A model generated the notes under the pieces. It searched no databases, was not told the origin of the DNA, and saw only the letters and a list, made by a program, of their open reading frames with translations. Positions 9,711-21,120 of a stretch of DNA of 32,709 bases are shown piece by piece (the stretch's first letter is position 1; each line of letters starts with the position of its first letter). Origin of the DNA: Chlorokybus atmophyticus. Its lineage: Eukaryota; Plantae; Mesostigma and Chlorokybus algae. Position numbers and translations under genes: made by a program. Location of the stretch: the NCBI GenBank assembly GCA_009103225.1, contig RHPI01000977.1, forward strand, positions 68,478-101,186, given 5' to 3'.

Positions 9711-10412
9711 TCAGAGAGATAGGATTACTACCCAAATGAGCCTCATCCTCCTTAACAGCTTGCGAAGTGACGTTGATGTTCCCGCTTTCTCATCAGAGAG
9801 CCGATGAGCCTCCTGCCTGAGGTCATCATCAGGCTCCCGGGCCCCTCTCACCCCAGCAGTGACGAGCTCCTCTAGTGCGTTGTCGATTGAGCTCTTATTC
9901 CTCTCAGGGTACGCATTGCGGTATGCCTGCTCCAGCAGGTAATAACGCCGCGGCCGCACAACAGCCTCAGCAACCGAGAGACGAAGGTAATGCTTGCCGT
10001 TGGAGGCATAAAAATTCGCACCCTTTTGAGAATACCAGTTGGCAATGTCGATGGGCTCCACCAGCAACCGGCGAGCCAGTTGCTTGTGGAAGAAAGAATG
10101 TCCTCTGGGATGGAACCGCGCTCGTACTGCGTTGTAACCCAATCCCAAAAGTTTTTTCAGTTTACCCCGAGCTCTCTCAATCTGTGGTGGCCGGTTCTTT
10201 TTGAAGCCAACATAGTAGTCCTGTTCGTCCTGGTACTGCTTGATAACATCCATCGCGTCATCAACACTATCGTACTTCATGGACAGCTCTGCTGTCTGCC
10301 TGTTCCGAGCATCTTCCCTGTTGCGCACAAACGCGTAGAGTCCATACAGGAACCCGAGCAAGCCAACCAGACAGGCGAGGATGCTGGGCCAGGGAGGCGC
10401 TTGTTCAGCCAT
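9711..10412 (-). CDS. Intronless 233-aa protein: N-terminal TM helix plus EP-like domain plus hydrophobic C-terminal tail
   Basis: Open frame from ATG 10412 (MAEQAPP) to the stop at 9711. Hydrophobic SILACLVGLLGFLYGLYAFV, then DAMDVIKQY...DYYVGFKK...RARGKL...RRLLVEPIDIANWYS...KHYL...RPRRYYLLEQAY (EPIDIA at 10058-10041). Ends RRMRLIWVVILSL. An upstream in-frame alternative start exists at 10487. Confidence 0.85.
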   Translation of the reverse strand: MAEQAPPWPSILACLVGLLGFLYGLYAFVRNREDARNRQTAELSMKYDSVDDAMDVIKQYQDEQDYYVGFKKNRPPQIERARGKLKKLLGLGYNAVRARFHPRGHSFFHKQLARRLLVEPIDIANWYSQKGANFYASNGKHYLRLSVAEAVVRPRRYYLLEQAYRNAYPERNKSSIDNALEELVTAGVRGAREPDDDLRQEAHRLSDEKAGTSTSLRKLLRRMRLIWVVILSL

Positions 10413-13400
10413 ATGTAGGTTGTAATGAGCCCCACGCGTGCATGCGCTCTCGTGCCCCTTTGCACAGCAGACTTTAGCACTGCGCATGCCAGCGAGTGTT
10501 AGTGTTGGTGTTCAACTACTGTCCAACCGATCCTATTGCCGTGGAGCGGAGATATTGCAACGCCCCTCAGCAGTGCGAAACGCTCCTGCCAACCAAACAG
10601 CATGCCAGACTAACTCAATGTGTGCATGCTGGCGAGCCAGATCAGCTTGAAGGGGTAAGCTGCCCTAAATCAGCACCAGCCCAGCCAAGCTGCGGCGACT
10701 CGGACTGGCAATAGTTTCATGCTACTCAGTTCAGCTGACGAGCAGAAACCATGACGCTACTCAGTTCAGCTGGCGAGAATGGTGGCGGCAACAGCTCTCG
10801 GACATGTTCACATCATGGCTTTACGTGAACCGCGCTAAACAACGTGAAATTGAAAGTCAGAAGCTAAAATGTTCTCTACAGCGGCTAGGATGGATCAAGC
10901 AATGTCAGCATTACAATGCTACGCCGGTATGCATGCATGTAAGCCAAGATTGAGCAAGCTTCGCAAGCTGTCACTGGCACTGGTGGATACACAAACAGGC
11001 AGCGCTAGCACGGACGGCTTCTTGCACCTTTTGGCTAACAAGCCGCACCAACCTCTTACGAGGTTAGGCTTCAGGCTTCCTTGCTCCAGCAAGCTCTGGA
11101 GATTGGGGACAGCTTCAGAGCCATGACACTGCGTCCAACTGACCCAGCCAGCAACCTCGGCGACCTACAGCAGCGCTCCTTTCTTCAGGCGCAAGCAGGG
11201 GTTGCCCTTACCCTTAGCCCTTCAGTGCAACGGCAGCGTCGCCGCTCACCCCCTCCTCCCTCCCGCCCCACAGCGTCAACACTGGCTCAGTCTAACGCGA
11301 GAACTCCGTCTGAGAGGTAAGATAAAGTCTTGCGGCAAGCTTGACTTTCTCTCATCGGCTACAGGTAACAAGATTCGTGTCACACGAAACATGTCGCCGG
11401 GTCATCAAGCACAAAATGGTCATAAAACAATGTCGCCTTCTGACAAAGTCTTTTTCACAAAGGTTGGACTGACAAGCATGGGCTCTGTTGGTTGGGTTTT
11501 ATTGACCGAGCCGTGAGGCGTAAGTTGGTGTTGGTGCGAGCTATGCTACAGCCGCAACCTGAATGCCTGAATGCCGAGCTAGAGGTGGGCGGAGGAGCCT
11601 GCAGGGCTGAGCTGAACCGTCATGTAGGCCGCTCTGCTGCTGGGGATAAGTGGTGCAAGCCGCCCACTACGTGACAGCGACACCCCCCTTTTCCCGCCAG
11701 CCGGCTGCGCAGAGCACCAGCTAGCATTGGCCGCAAACATGCACGATGCCCTATGCCTTCTGCTGCTGTTCTCAAGTTTGGTGTAGGCTGCGCGTGTTTG
11801 CTGCAGCTATGACAAGCTGCTTGCTTGGGCATTACTGTTCAAACCAGGATTGAATGAGTCTAGCAGAAGTTGCGTACATACTACTTCAATGTAGTATGAT
11901 ACTACATCGAAGTGCTTACGTTGCAATGACTGCAGTTAGCATAGCAAGCTGCAGCTAATAAGGAGGTTTATTGGTGGCTCAGCAGCAAGGGTTCCTAAGC
12001 CACTTTCGTACCTGCAGACAAGGCTCTAGAAGTCATAGATCCTCGTGACGCTGCGAGGTACGTCTGCAGGTACGAGTGGCTCAATAGATTGAACTAGCAG
12101 TAACTGAAAGTAGCATTGACGCGCGAAGAAGTGACTAGCCCTCGTGATATAACTCTTGCACGAAGCTGTCATGTCACTGCTTGCATTCAGGATACGCTGC
12201 TGACAACGTGACAGCAGCCAGCTCGTTGCTGTCATGTTCTCCATCACCATCATGACAGCCCTGCATTCCGCGGCCAGCATACAGTTTTCGCATGTCTTCC
12301 ATGCTGCGTTTCGGTATCTGCTGAACGGTGCACAATAGCATCATACCTGGATCTTCAGAAATGCTGCACCCTTGAACACAATATAGAAGCAATGGTTAAC
12401 ATGACTTCAAGCCTTACCATTCATACATGCAGTCCCGCGCATACATCTCTGCACGTTCTCCCCATGCATACACTACTGTCTCTCTCTCACTGACATCTGT
12501 ACAGACTTGCACGCAGTCATGATCATGCACTTTCGCTAACACACCCATCCCACAACCACCTACATTCTTACACCCCCACACACATATATTCGTTTAATCT
12601 CACACTCCCAGACAACTGAAAGCTTGAGCTGATGTCTTTCAACAAGCTTTACAAAAGGGGAAGTTCTAATGGTGTACAACACCTGGATGCTTGCATGAAG
12701 AAGTGCATACGTGCAGTGTGGGGGAATGAGAGCATGAGACGCAGGATTTGAAAAGCGGCGGAGTGGGCGGCCAACCTGCGCTGCAGCGGTGCTGGTAAGC
12801 CTGGTAAGCCGAGGTGAAGGCAGCCAGCCGCCAGGCAACGACGATGACACCTACTTCATACACGGCGAAAACGACAAGGCTGCCGTCGCCCCTCCCCCGG
12901 CCAGCACGTCCGGCTAAGTCAATCTCACTTGCCTTGACTTTTTCCTCCTCGCTACACTAGTACAGACTTATGGGGTGGAGGAGAAGAATTGGTGTTAGTT
13001 GCAATGTTTGCGTGCGATGGACGATTGCGGGTTGGCGGATGGACAACGACCGAGGTTGGGCGAAGCCTAACAGATGAATGTCGATGGACGGCTGGCTGAT
13101 TGGGTGGTTCGAAACTTCTGGTCGCCACTGTTGTGTCTGTCAATTGAGCTGGAGCATGTCAACAACCGCAAAGCGAGCTCAGCCTCAGCCTGCTTGCATG
13201 TTAAAGCCAATCTCGAATGCATGCCTCACGAGCACACAAGCACAGTCACACGCACACGGGCGCACACACGCATCCCCCCGTCCCCCCTTTTATCCATAAG
13301 CCAACGTGACCTCTGTGCGCATGCTTACCTTGCCTGGTTGCAGTACCAGTTGGTGTTTTGTTGTCGCTAGTGGCGTTGGGAGAGAGATGGCTGCGGTAGT

Positions 13401-14310
13401 GCTACAGCTTGGGTTACAGCAGCATGAGGTGGTTGAGCATTCGTGTTGTAAGGCCCTGCGATGGTTGGGTGCGCGTGCTCTTGTCTATTGCATTGTTCAT
13501 CTGTCTGCCTGCCTGGCTTGTCTCGTGCTCATGCCTGCATGCAAGATGATGCGGAGTGCAGGAGCATCTCCTCAAGTTGCAGGTGTTAGCGCTGCCACAA
13601 GAAGAGGCCGCGCCGCAGGAAGAGAAGGTGCTGCGACAGCAAGAGCTGCAACAGAGGGAGGCGTTACTGCTACAACTCTAGCAAAGCAGTGCAGGGCAAT
13701 CTTTGCGAAAGCTGAGCACCTCGACCATCTTTGTTGCCTTTCGTTGTCTCTTGCACATGTTGTCGTAATAGTCACCTCCTCAATTGGGCATGCTCCTGGT
13801 GTGTGCATGATCCATGGTCGTGAGCGTGAGGGTCATTTGGCCTTGCATCAAGGCGCCCTTAATCGGTATGTCCATGACGTGTTGCATAAACGACTCGCGT
13901 TGAACTTGCTGCATTGCAAGTAAACTTCTACACCAGCAATTCAGTACTGCCACCGGCGTTGTAACATGCAATGCGTACATAAATTGGTCGTATGCATCTG
14001 ATTGGCGTGCGCTGAAAAGCTCGTGGTTGATATTGCGAAGTGAGGTTGTAAAGGGTGAAGCTGACGGTGATGTGGGGGTAGAAGGTGGTGGGAGGCAGGG
14101 CAACCACGGCGCTCAATCAGCGAGTCGATGTAGCATACGTGCATACTCAGTGAGTACAACGCTGGTAAGCACGCCACGCACACGCAGGGATGGGAGTCTG
14201 TTGTACCTTGCGTCCTATGGCAAGTAGTCTATTTTTACGCGTGACAATGAGGCAGTACCTGCAGACCTTCTTTATGACGGTTCAGCAAGCTCTTCCCAAA
14301 CAATCAATCC

Positions 14311-15650
14311 TGAACTTTGCTCCCTATTGTCAATGTTGCCCGGAGCCACCAGCTGATTGATAGCGTCCCCCCACCATCAACTCCAAAACCCCCGAACCCA
14401 AAGGTGAGTGAGTCTGCAAAATTGACAAGGGTGCCGCAATCTTCTCAGCTCCACCCATGTACCTGTGTTTCCTGGACTCAATTGTGGTGCATGTGCGTGC
14501 GCGTGCGTGTCCGTCCGCAGACCCTGGCATTGTGGCCTCCCAAAGCTGATCGGCGTCACATCGCAGGGGGCAGGGGGCGGCTGTACCTGAGAGTGGAACA
14601 CACCAAGATGGGGCGGCTGGATGCGTATGGATTGGGCATGTGGTGTGCATGCTGTCTGCTGATGACAGCGGGCTGGAGGCGGACTGCGTCCCCATCCCTA
14701 GCTACGGGTCCTTGTTTGGCACCAACGCCATTGGCGGACAGTCCTTCTTTTCTATCAAGTTTCCACTGAATTCCTCACTCACAACTGACTACGGCACTGG
14801 CGAGGAGTACATCACCAACAACGGCGTCGACGAACGCAACTCCCTTCGCGGCCTACTCCGCTGCACTCTCAACGTGTTCACACTGCAGCTGCCGCCTTGT
14901 GAGGCCGTGCGTGCTCCCGGTATGTAATCTACTTGGTTACACTCTCACAACATGAGCAACAACAAGCTGGTACGCGCCTGCGCGTGTCTGTGCGCGCGCC
15001 CGTGCGCGCGCACACATCCATGTCTGCATGGCTGCATGTGCATAGATGCGCACACTCAGGAACGCACACACATGCTCACAGGCATATGTCACTGCAGGTA
15101 TATGGACAACAGGTTGAAGGTCCCTGACAGGCCGCGGCTTGTTGGTGTCCCATGAGCGGCCGGCGGTGTACGAGGACCGCGTGGCGTGGGGGGTGGGCGA
15201 CCGCATGGCCGCCAACAACCCGCGGAGAGCCATCATGACCTGCGCAGGGGAGGACTTTGCAGGCACATGCACATCAGCAGACGACCTTCGGGCACTTTCG
15301 CCCAACCTCAACACATTCCGGGTCGTGAGCGAGTCACGCACGCCCATACATACACGTATTTGGTGCTATACTTACCACGTTGTGTACAAAATCTGCAATT
15401 CATAGACGCTGTTAATGCACCATCTGGTTCGTGAACGCTCAGCGCATACGTCGCATAAACACCTAACGACCAGGTTAATTTGCCTGCTGTCAAGCTGCTG
15501 TCCAGCATTGCTATTTCCTTTTGTTGCTCACTTATAAGTCCCCGGTGCTACTGCAGCCCACCTAATCCACCGGGTGTACACGACGATAGCGAGCATATTA
15601 TTCTATTCGTACTTGAATCAGATAACCAACAGTGGTCAGGCCTTGCAGGT
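14311..15650 (+). other. Possible multi-exon gene fragment of unknown function
   Basis: Several strong GT/AG junctions around CA/GT-rich intron-like stretches. Exons ~14521-14622 and ~14669-14920 join in phase (RLDA|GLEADCVPIPSYGSLFGTNAIGGQSFFSIKFP...). Downstream pieces do not join without stops. No family recognised. Confidence 0.25.
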
Positions 15651-15712
15651 GCAGCTGATTGAGTGTCAAGTTAGACCAGACTACCCTAATGGTTCAGGTT
15701 TATGCTGGAGAG

Positions 15713-16334
<622 letters not shown>

Positions 16335-16715
16335 NATGCGCACGCAGCAAGCTCCAGCATACACTCGCACACGCACACAGCCGAGATCACCGTCGTCCAC
16401 ATGCACGCAGCTACAGACCTCTTCACATGCATGTCCGCACGTATATGCGCACACAGAGAGACACACAGTGACGCACACACATGCAGGTATGCGCTCAGGC
16501 TTGAGTATGAGCACATCATGTCATGCACATTTTGTATAAATGCTTAGGCCCGTTTAGACATACACATGCAGACTCAAGTGGACACATATGCAGGCTCGCA
16601 AGGCTCTTCCAGCGTTCAATCTAATATAACCTGTTTTCTCAAGCTTAATTTGAGGTTTCGTCTCGTGACAAGGTAGAGTACACCTTGTCAAAAGGCGAGA
16701 GGAAGGCACCTCAAC

Positions 16716-18563
16716 TCATGAGCTCCCTTCGATGGCGTTCATCTCGTCCAATGCGTGTTGTGTTGAAGACGGTGCATCACTTTTGTTATGTTTCTCATAC
16801 TGCAGCTCTAAGAACGTGTAGTACTCTGGTCGGTTGTCCGCCTCAAGGTAATGTCGATTGCCGACAGGCCATTGCTTCCACAGCTCAAGCCGGTAGTAGT
16901 TGGCAATGTCAATTGGCTCAACCATGAGTCGAAAACTGTTGCCTCTCGCACACCAAACATTGGACTTGCTAAAAAAGTCAGCAGGCAACATGCCATCCAT
17001 GTGCCATTTGTACGTAGTACGCCAGAAGTCCCGTAGATACCTGTCAGGTTGGTGGGGGGGTTACATCAGTACTTAGCAGTTTTTCACTTTGCAATGAACT
17101 TGAACTTGAACTTGCAACTGCAATGCATGTGACCTGACCTGCGTGCGTCCTCGACTTTTTTCAAGCGCTCTGCTTGCGGGCTGCCATCACCGCCACGATA
17201 TGCTCTGAAGTCAGCATAGTAGTCTGCAGAGGTTTGCGCAAAGGCTTGTATCGTGTCCATGGCATCTTGTGCCTCATTGCGCCACTTGTCAGTAAACTCA
17301 GTTTCATGTCTCCGCTGCTCGACGACACTCAAAACGCCCATTCTCGGTGACTCTGAAGCGCTGCAAAAGTAAACGCACTGAGACTTCACTTGTTATGTGG
17401 TATCAATATGTCGTATCAACACTGCATGTCAGACGCCAATCAGGCCGCAGTGCAAACCTCTGTGGCATGGGCTGCACAAAGGCCGGAACATTTTTCAAGT
17501 GCTTGACGAGGGTGTCGTACCCAACCCAGGGAGCCTATTGCACGAGGATAGGAACAGAAGACCCGCGGACTAATTAAAGCAGCACATCATGGAATACTAC
17601 GTTGAATAGGTGCATGCTGCAAGGTCTAGCTCGTGCATCAAGGAGTGTGCACAGCTTGGAGCACCTCACTCTTTGAACTTACCTGATGACCACCAAGGGT
17701 GAAGTAGCTAAATTTCCGGATCTGCGCAGGAACATCCTTTCTTGCTCCAGGAGGCCGGAAAACGACTGGTACCAACCACCCGGAAAGGTTCTGCTCCTCA
17801 TAAACCTTGTTCAGTATGTTCGTGTACTCGTCGTGCGTCCCCGCGCCCATCTTAACAGCTGCGGTCGGCTGCTTTAATGAAAACCGCTCATAATGCTCAT
17901 CACAGGCCACGATCACCTGAAGCGTCATGAGAACACCCTCAAGCCAAGCATGCCTTGCTGTGATGCAGACGAGCCTGCTTTTTGACAATGTTGAAAGCAA
18001 ATTGCGGGAATTGTTGGTGACAGCGACCATGCGCAAGATTCACGACCAGGAATGATGTGACAACCGGTACCTTGGTGCCATTGTTCAACATCTGCCCAAC
18101 AAAAGCCGGCCAGGACTGATACGTATTTTTGTAGTCGACAATGACTTCTATATTGTTTTGTTGCAGTTGCTCGGCAAGCCTCCTCACACGCTCTGCGTGA
18201 TGCTTGTCGAACTGGCAGTAGCTGATAAACACAGTCATCTTGGCCTCTGGTGCCGCGGACAGTTCCCCTGTAGCCGCTCCTCCCTGTCCGCTATGTGCCA
18301 CAGCACATGCAAAGTACCATAAGCATGGTACAGCATCGGCAAGAAAGAAGCTTGTGCATGCTTTGCATAGAAAGCTGTAACAAAACTTACGCAACAGCAG
18401 CGTTGTTGACAGCAGCTGAGTCTTTTTCCTTATACGTATGCTTATCCTGGTGTTGTAAACTACCCGGGTGGAGATGCGTGTGCTTCCAGTAGCCAGCGAC
18501 AGCGACAATGGCTGCAGCCGCAGCCAGCACTGCATGCAGCCTCAGAGATGCCAGCCCGCCCAT
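16716..18563 (-). CDS. Intact 6-exon signal-anchor-SEFIR-EP protein, 416 aa
   Basis: Exons 18563-18391, 18290-18071, 17916-17683, 17534-17458, 17360-17139, 17040-16716 (173+220+234+77+222+325 = 1251 nt). All introns are GT-AG, phases are compatible and there is no internal stop. Protein: MGGLASLRLHAVLAAAAAIVAVAGYWK...TVFISYCQFDKHHAERV...GAGTHDEY...WLVPVVF...GYDTLVKHL...DYYADFRAY...RRYLRDFW...LPADFF...FRLMVEPIDIANYYR...HYLEADNRPEYY...EGSS*. An assembly gap lies upstream, so a further 5' exon cannot be excluded. Confidence 0.88.
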
Positions 18564-18652
18564 CTCAAGACGCTTCCACTTCTTCTACAAAGCCGAGAGC
18601 GGTGCAGGCTAGCCTTACAAATAGGAGGAGCAAGCCCAGCTCCTGTTCCAGT

Positions 18653-19136
18653 TGAGTTCATTAGCCATGCCCAAACCCACCAAGCGCTATACAGCTGCGG
18701 AAGACCAAAACGAGGGGGGGGGGGGGGGGGGGGNNNNNNNNNNNNNNNNNNNNNNNNNNNNNNNNNNNNNNNNNNNNNNNNNNNNNNNNNNNNNNNNNNN
18801 NNNNNNNNNNNNNNNNNNNNNNNNNNNNNNNNNNNNNNNNNNNNNNNNNNNNNNNNNNNNNNNNNNNNNNNNNNNNNNNNNNNNNNNNNNNNNNNNNNNN
18901 NNNNNNNNNNNNNNNNNNNNNNNNNNNNNNNNNNNNNNNNNNNNNNNNNNNNNNNNNNNNNNNNNNNNNNNNNNNNNNNNNNNNNNNNNNNNNNNNNNNN
19001 NNNNNNNNNNNNNNNNNNNNNNNNNNNNNNNNNNNNNNNNNNNNNNNNNNNNNNNNNNNNNNTGAGTTCATTAGCCATGCCCAAACCCACCAAGCGCTAT
19101 ACAGCTGCGGAAGACCAAAACGAGGGGGGGGGGGGG
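18653..19136. other. Assembly gap (N 18734-19062) flanked by an identical ~70-bp sequence ending in poly-G
   Basis: tgagttcattagccatgcccaaacc...gaccaaaacgagggg occurs at 18653-18733 and again at 19063-19136, typical of unmerged contig ends. Confidence 0.85.
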
Positions 19137-21120
19137 ACAACTGCTGTCAGCTGAGTAAGAATTACCATGAATGTCACGGTAATTTCTGCAGTTCAGAAAC
19201 TTGCACGACTTGCACGACAGCAGCTGCACAAAACGAAGCCAGTACTGTTACTGCCGCCAGTAAGGCCCAAATACCATTGACAACAGAACTTCTCATGCTT
19301 AGGTGCTACAGGATGCTTGCCCTAAGTTACACGGACGCTGCTGCACACAAGCAGCTATATAACTGAGTGGCTGCAAGGGGCACATGTTCATGGCGTTGTG
19401 AAGTTTTGTGTGTCTGTGCGCACAAGTGTGTGCATGCGTATGCATACATACACAGGTGCATGCATGCATGCACGCACACGCACAGGCGCGCGTCAGCATG
19501 TGTGCTGTACGTACAGATGCTGTTGCGCGAGCTGTGAATTTGGTTGAGCTAGAGAAGCTTTCTGGAGGGCGGTCAAGCATGAAAAAGTGGGGCAACCCGG
19601 GGGGTGGGGGTAAGTGCGTGGGCACAACAAATTCACAAAGACGGTAGCAACGGCATTGCAGCGCACCTGCACAAGAAGGCCGAACTCTAAGCTATGCTTG
19701 CGGAGGCAGTAGCCATCTCCGTCAGACTGCGGCGTCAGAGTTACTGCTAACCAGCGCCTCCCAGCATGGCACTGACGGGCTGACAAAAGCTGGCAACCTG
19801 ATGCGCTTTGCGCCCTCCCCCTCCCGGCAAGCCCCTTCCAGCCGCCGGCGGCGCAGCCGCTACACCGCCTAGCAGTCCGTGCCGCCAGTACACAATACTG
19901 GCATATCTACCACATGCAATACTGTATGACCATAACAACAACTTATACTCTTGACAAGGAATGAGGATGCCAGGAGTCCTGGCCGAGCGCACGCATGACA
20001 TGAGAATCTCACATTTCATGACGAGATAGGGTTGTCTAAGAAGCCCAATGTTGGTTTGATCGTGTCAACTCAAGTGCATTTTACATGCTTACACCCTGTT
20101 AGGGGTTACACGTAAGCTGGACGCGCGGTACCTGACTCTGCGTACGGCTTGGGAGCGGACGGCATGGACATGGACATGGACCGGAGCAAGCGGGCGGGAA
20201 GGGCGGGGTGGGGCGAAGGGGCGACGCCTCCTTCCTACGGACAAGATAAGGTGGGACAAGCGTATAAGCCAAGCGCAGCTGCATTCCCCGCACCGGGCGA
20301 AGGTGCGTTGCCGTCACGCCGTCCAACTTTGTGTGGTTGTGTGCGCTGCTTGCACATATAAAAGCAGCATGCCATATGCAGAACAGAAATGTAATGCTTG
20401 ACTTGCATGGCTCGCTCGGTGCAAGCTGGCGGTGCTTGCCGTGGTCGGCAGCGCCATGGCAGGGAATCGACTTGGTTACAGATTCCGAGCGCATGCGTCA
20501 GTGAAGTCACTTCACTGGATGTCAAACATCTAGTTTATTGTCTGCTAGGCCGCAGCCTCATTAGCACCAAGTCGGTACGAGTGGCCGTTTACGAGACATT
20601 GCGTGTAGATTGAAACTCGCTTGTAGCCGTGTACAGTTCTTGGTTCTTGGCTACACTTACTCTTGCTTGGTGCATTGTTGAGAAAGGGTTGCGCACGCAA
20701 TTGCTGTGGCTAGAGACTGCATGCGTAGGTAGCACAAGCACACGCTTCCTGTCATCCGTGTGCGGTCCATTGCATTCCGCTGGAAAGCACCGTGCAGTTA
20801 TATCTAAACATCGGCAGCCTATACATGTGGTTGCGTGCGTGTCATGGTTGCGCACAGGCATTGTGAGCTCAAGTATTATGTATTGCTGCAGGCTACCAAG
20901 GGGGAGCTTGCTTTGATGTCTCAATGTTTGCTTCAGTTGCAAATCAGGACGGTACGCCGGGGAACAACACATACGCGCCTTGATTGTGGTGCTGCATATG
21001 CTGCGCATGTGTTTCGCGCTATTCTTTGCAGCTTATTGTGCAAGAAGGTTATAAGCCATCAAGTGCCATCTACTACAGTCACCATGAGTCCACTGACAAA
21101 CTTACATATTGCACATCACA

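Noticed and set aside
10721-10772. 17-bp direct repeat gctactcagttcagctg (10721, 10756) upstream of TM-EP
   Set aside because: There are only two copies and no evidence of function; probably a small local duplication.
10780-13000. Numerous 60-105 aa ORFs
   Set aside because: They overlap in all frames with no motifs or consistent splice structure; treated as intergenic.
13300-14260. Possible decayed gag on the minus strand (RHGHT, RKDCPAL, Ala/Pro-rich tail)
   Set aside because: There is no complete CX2CX4HX4C in one frame; the similarity is too weak to call without a search.
18468-19154. ORFs spanning X runs and an apparent tandem duplication of ~70 bp
   Set aside because: They cross an N gap; the duplicate flanks look like unmerged contig overlap.
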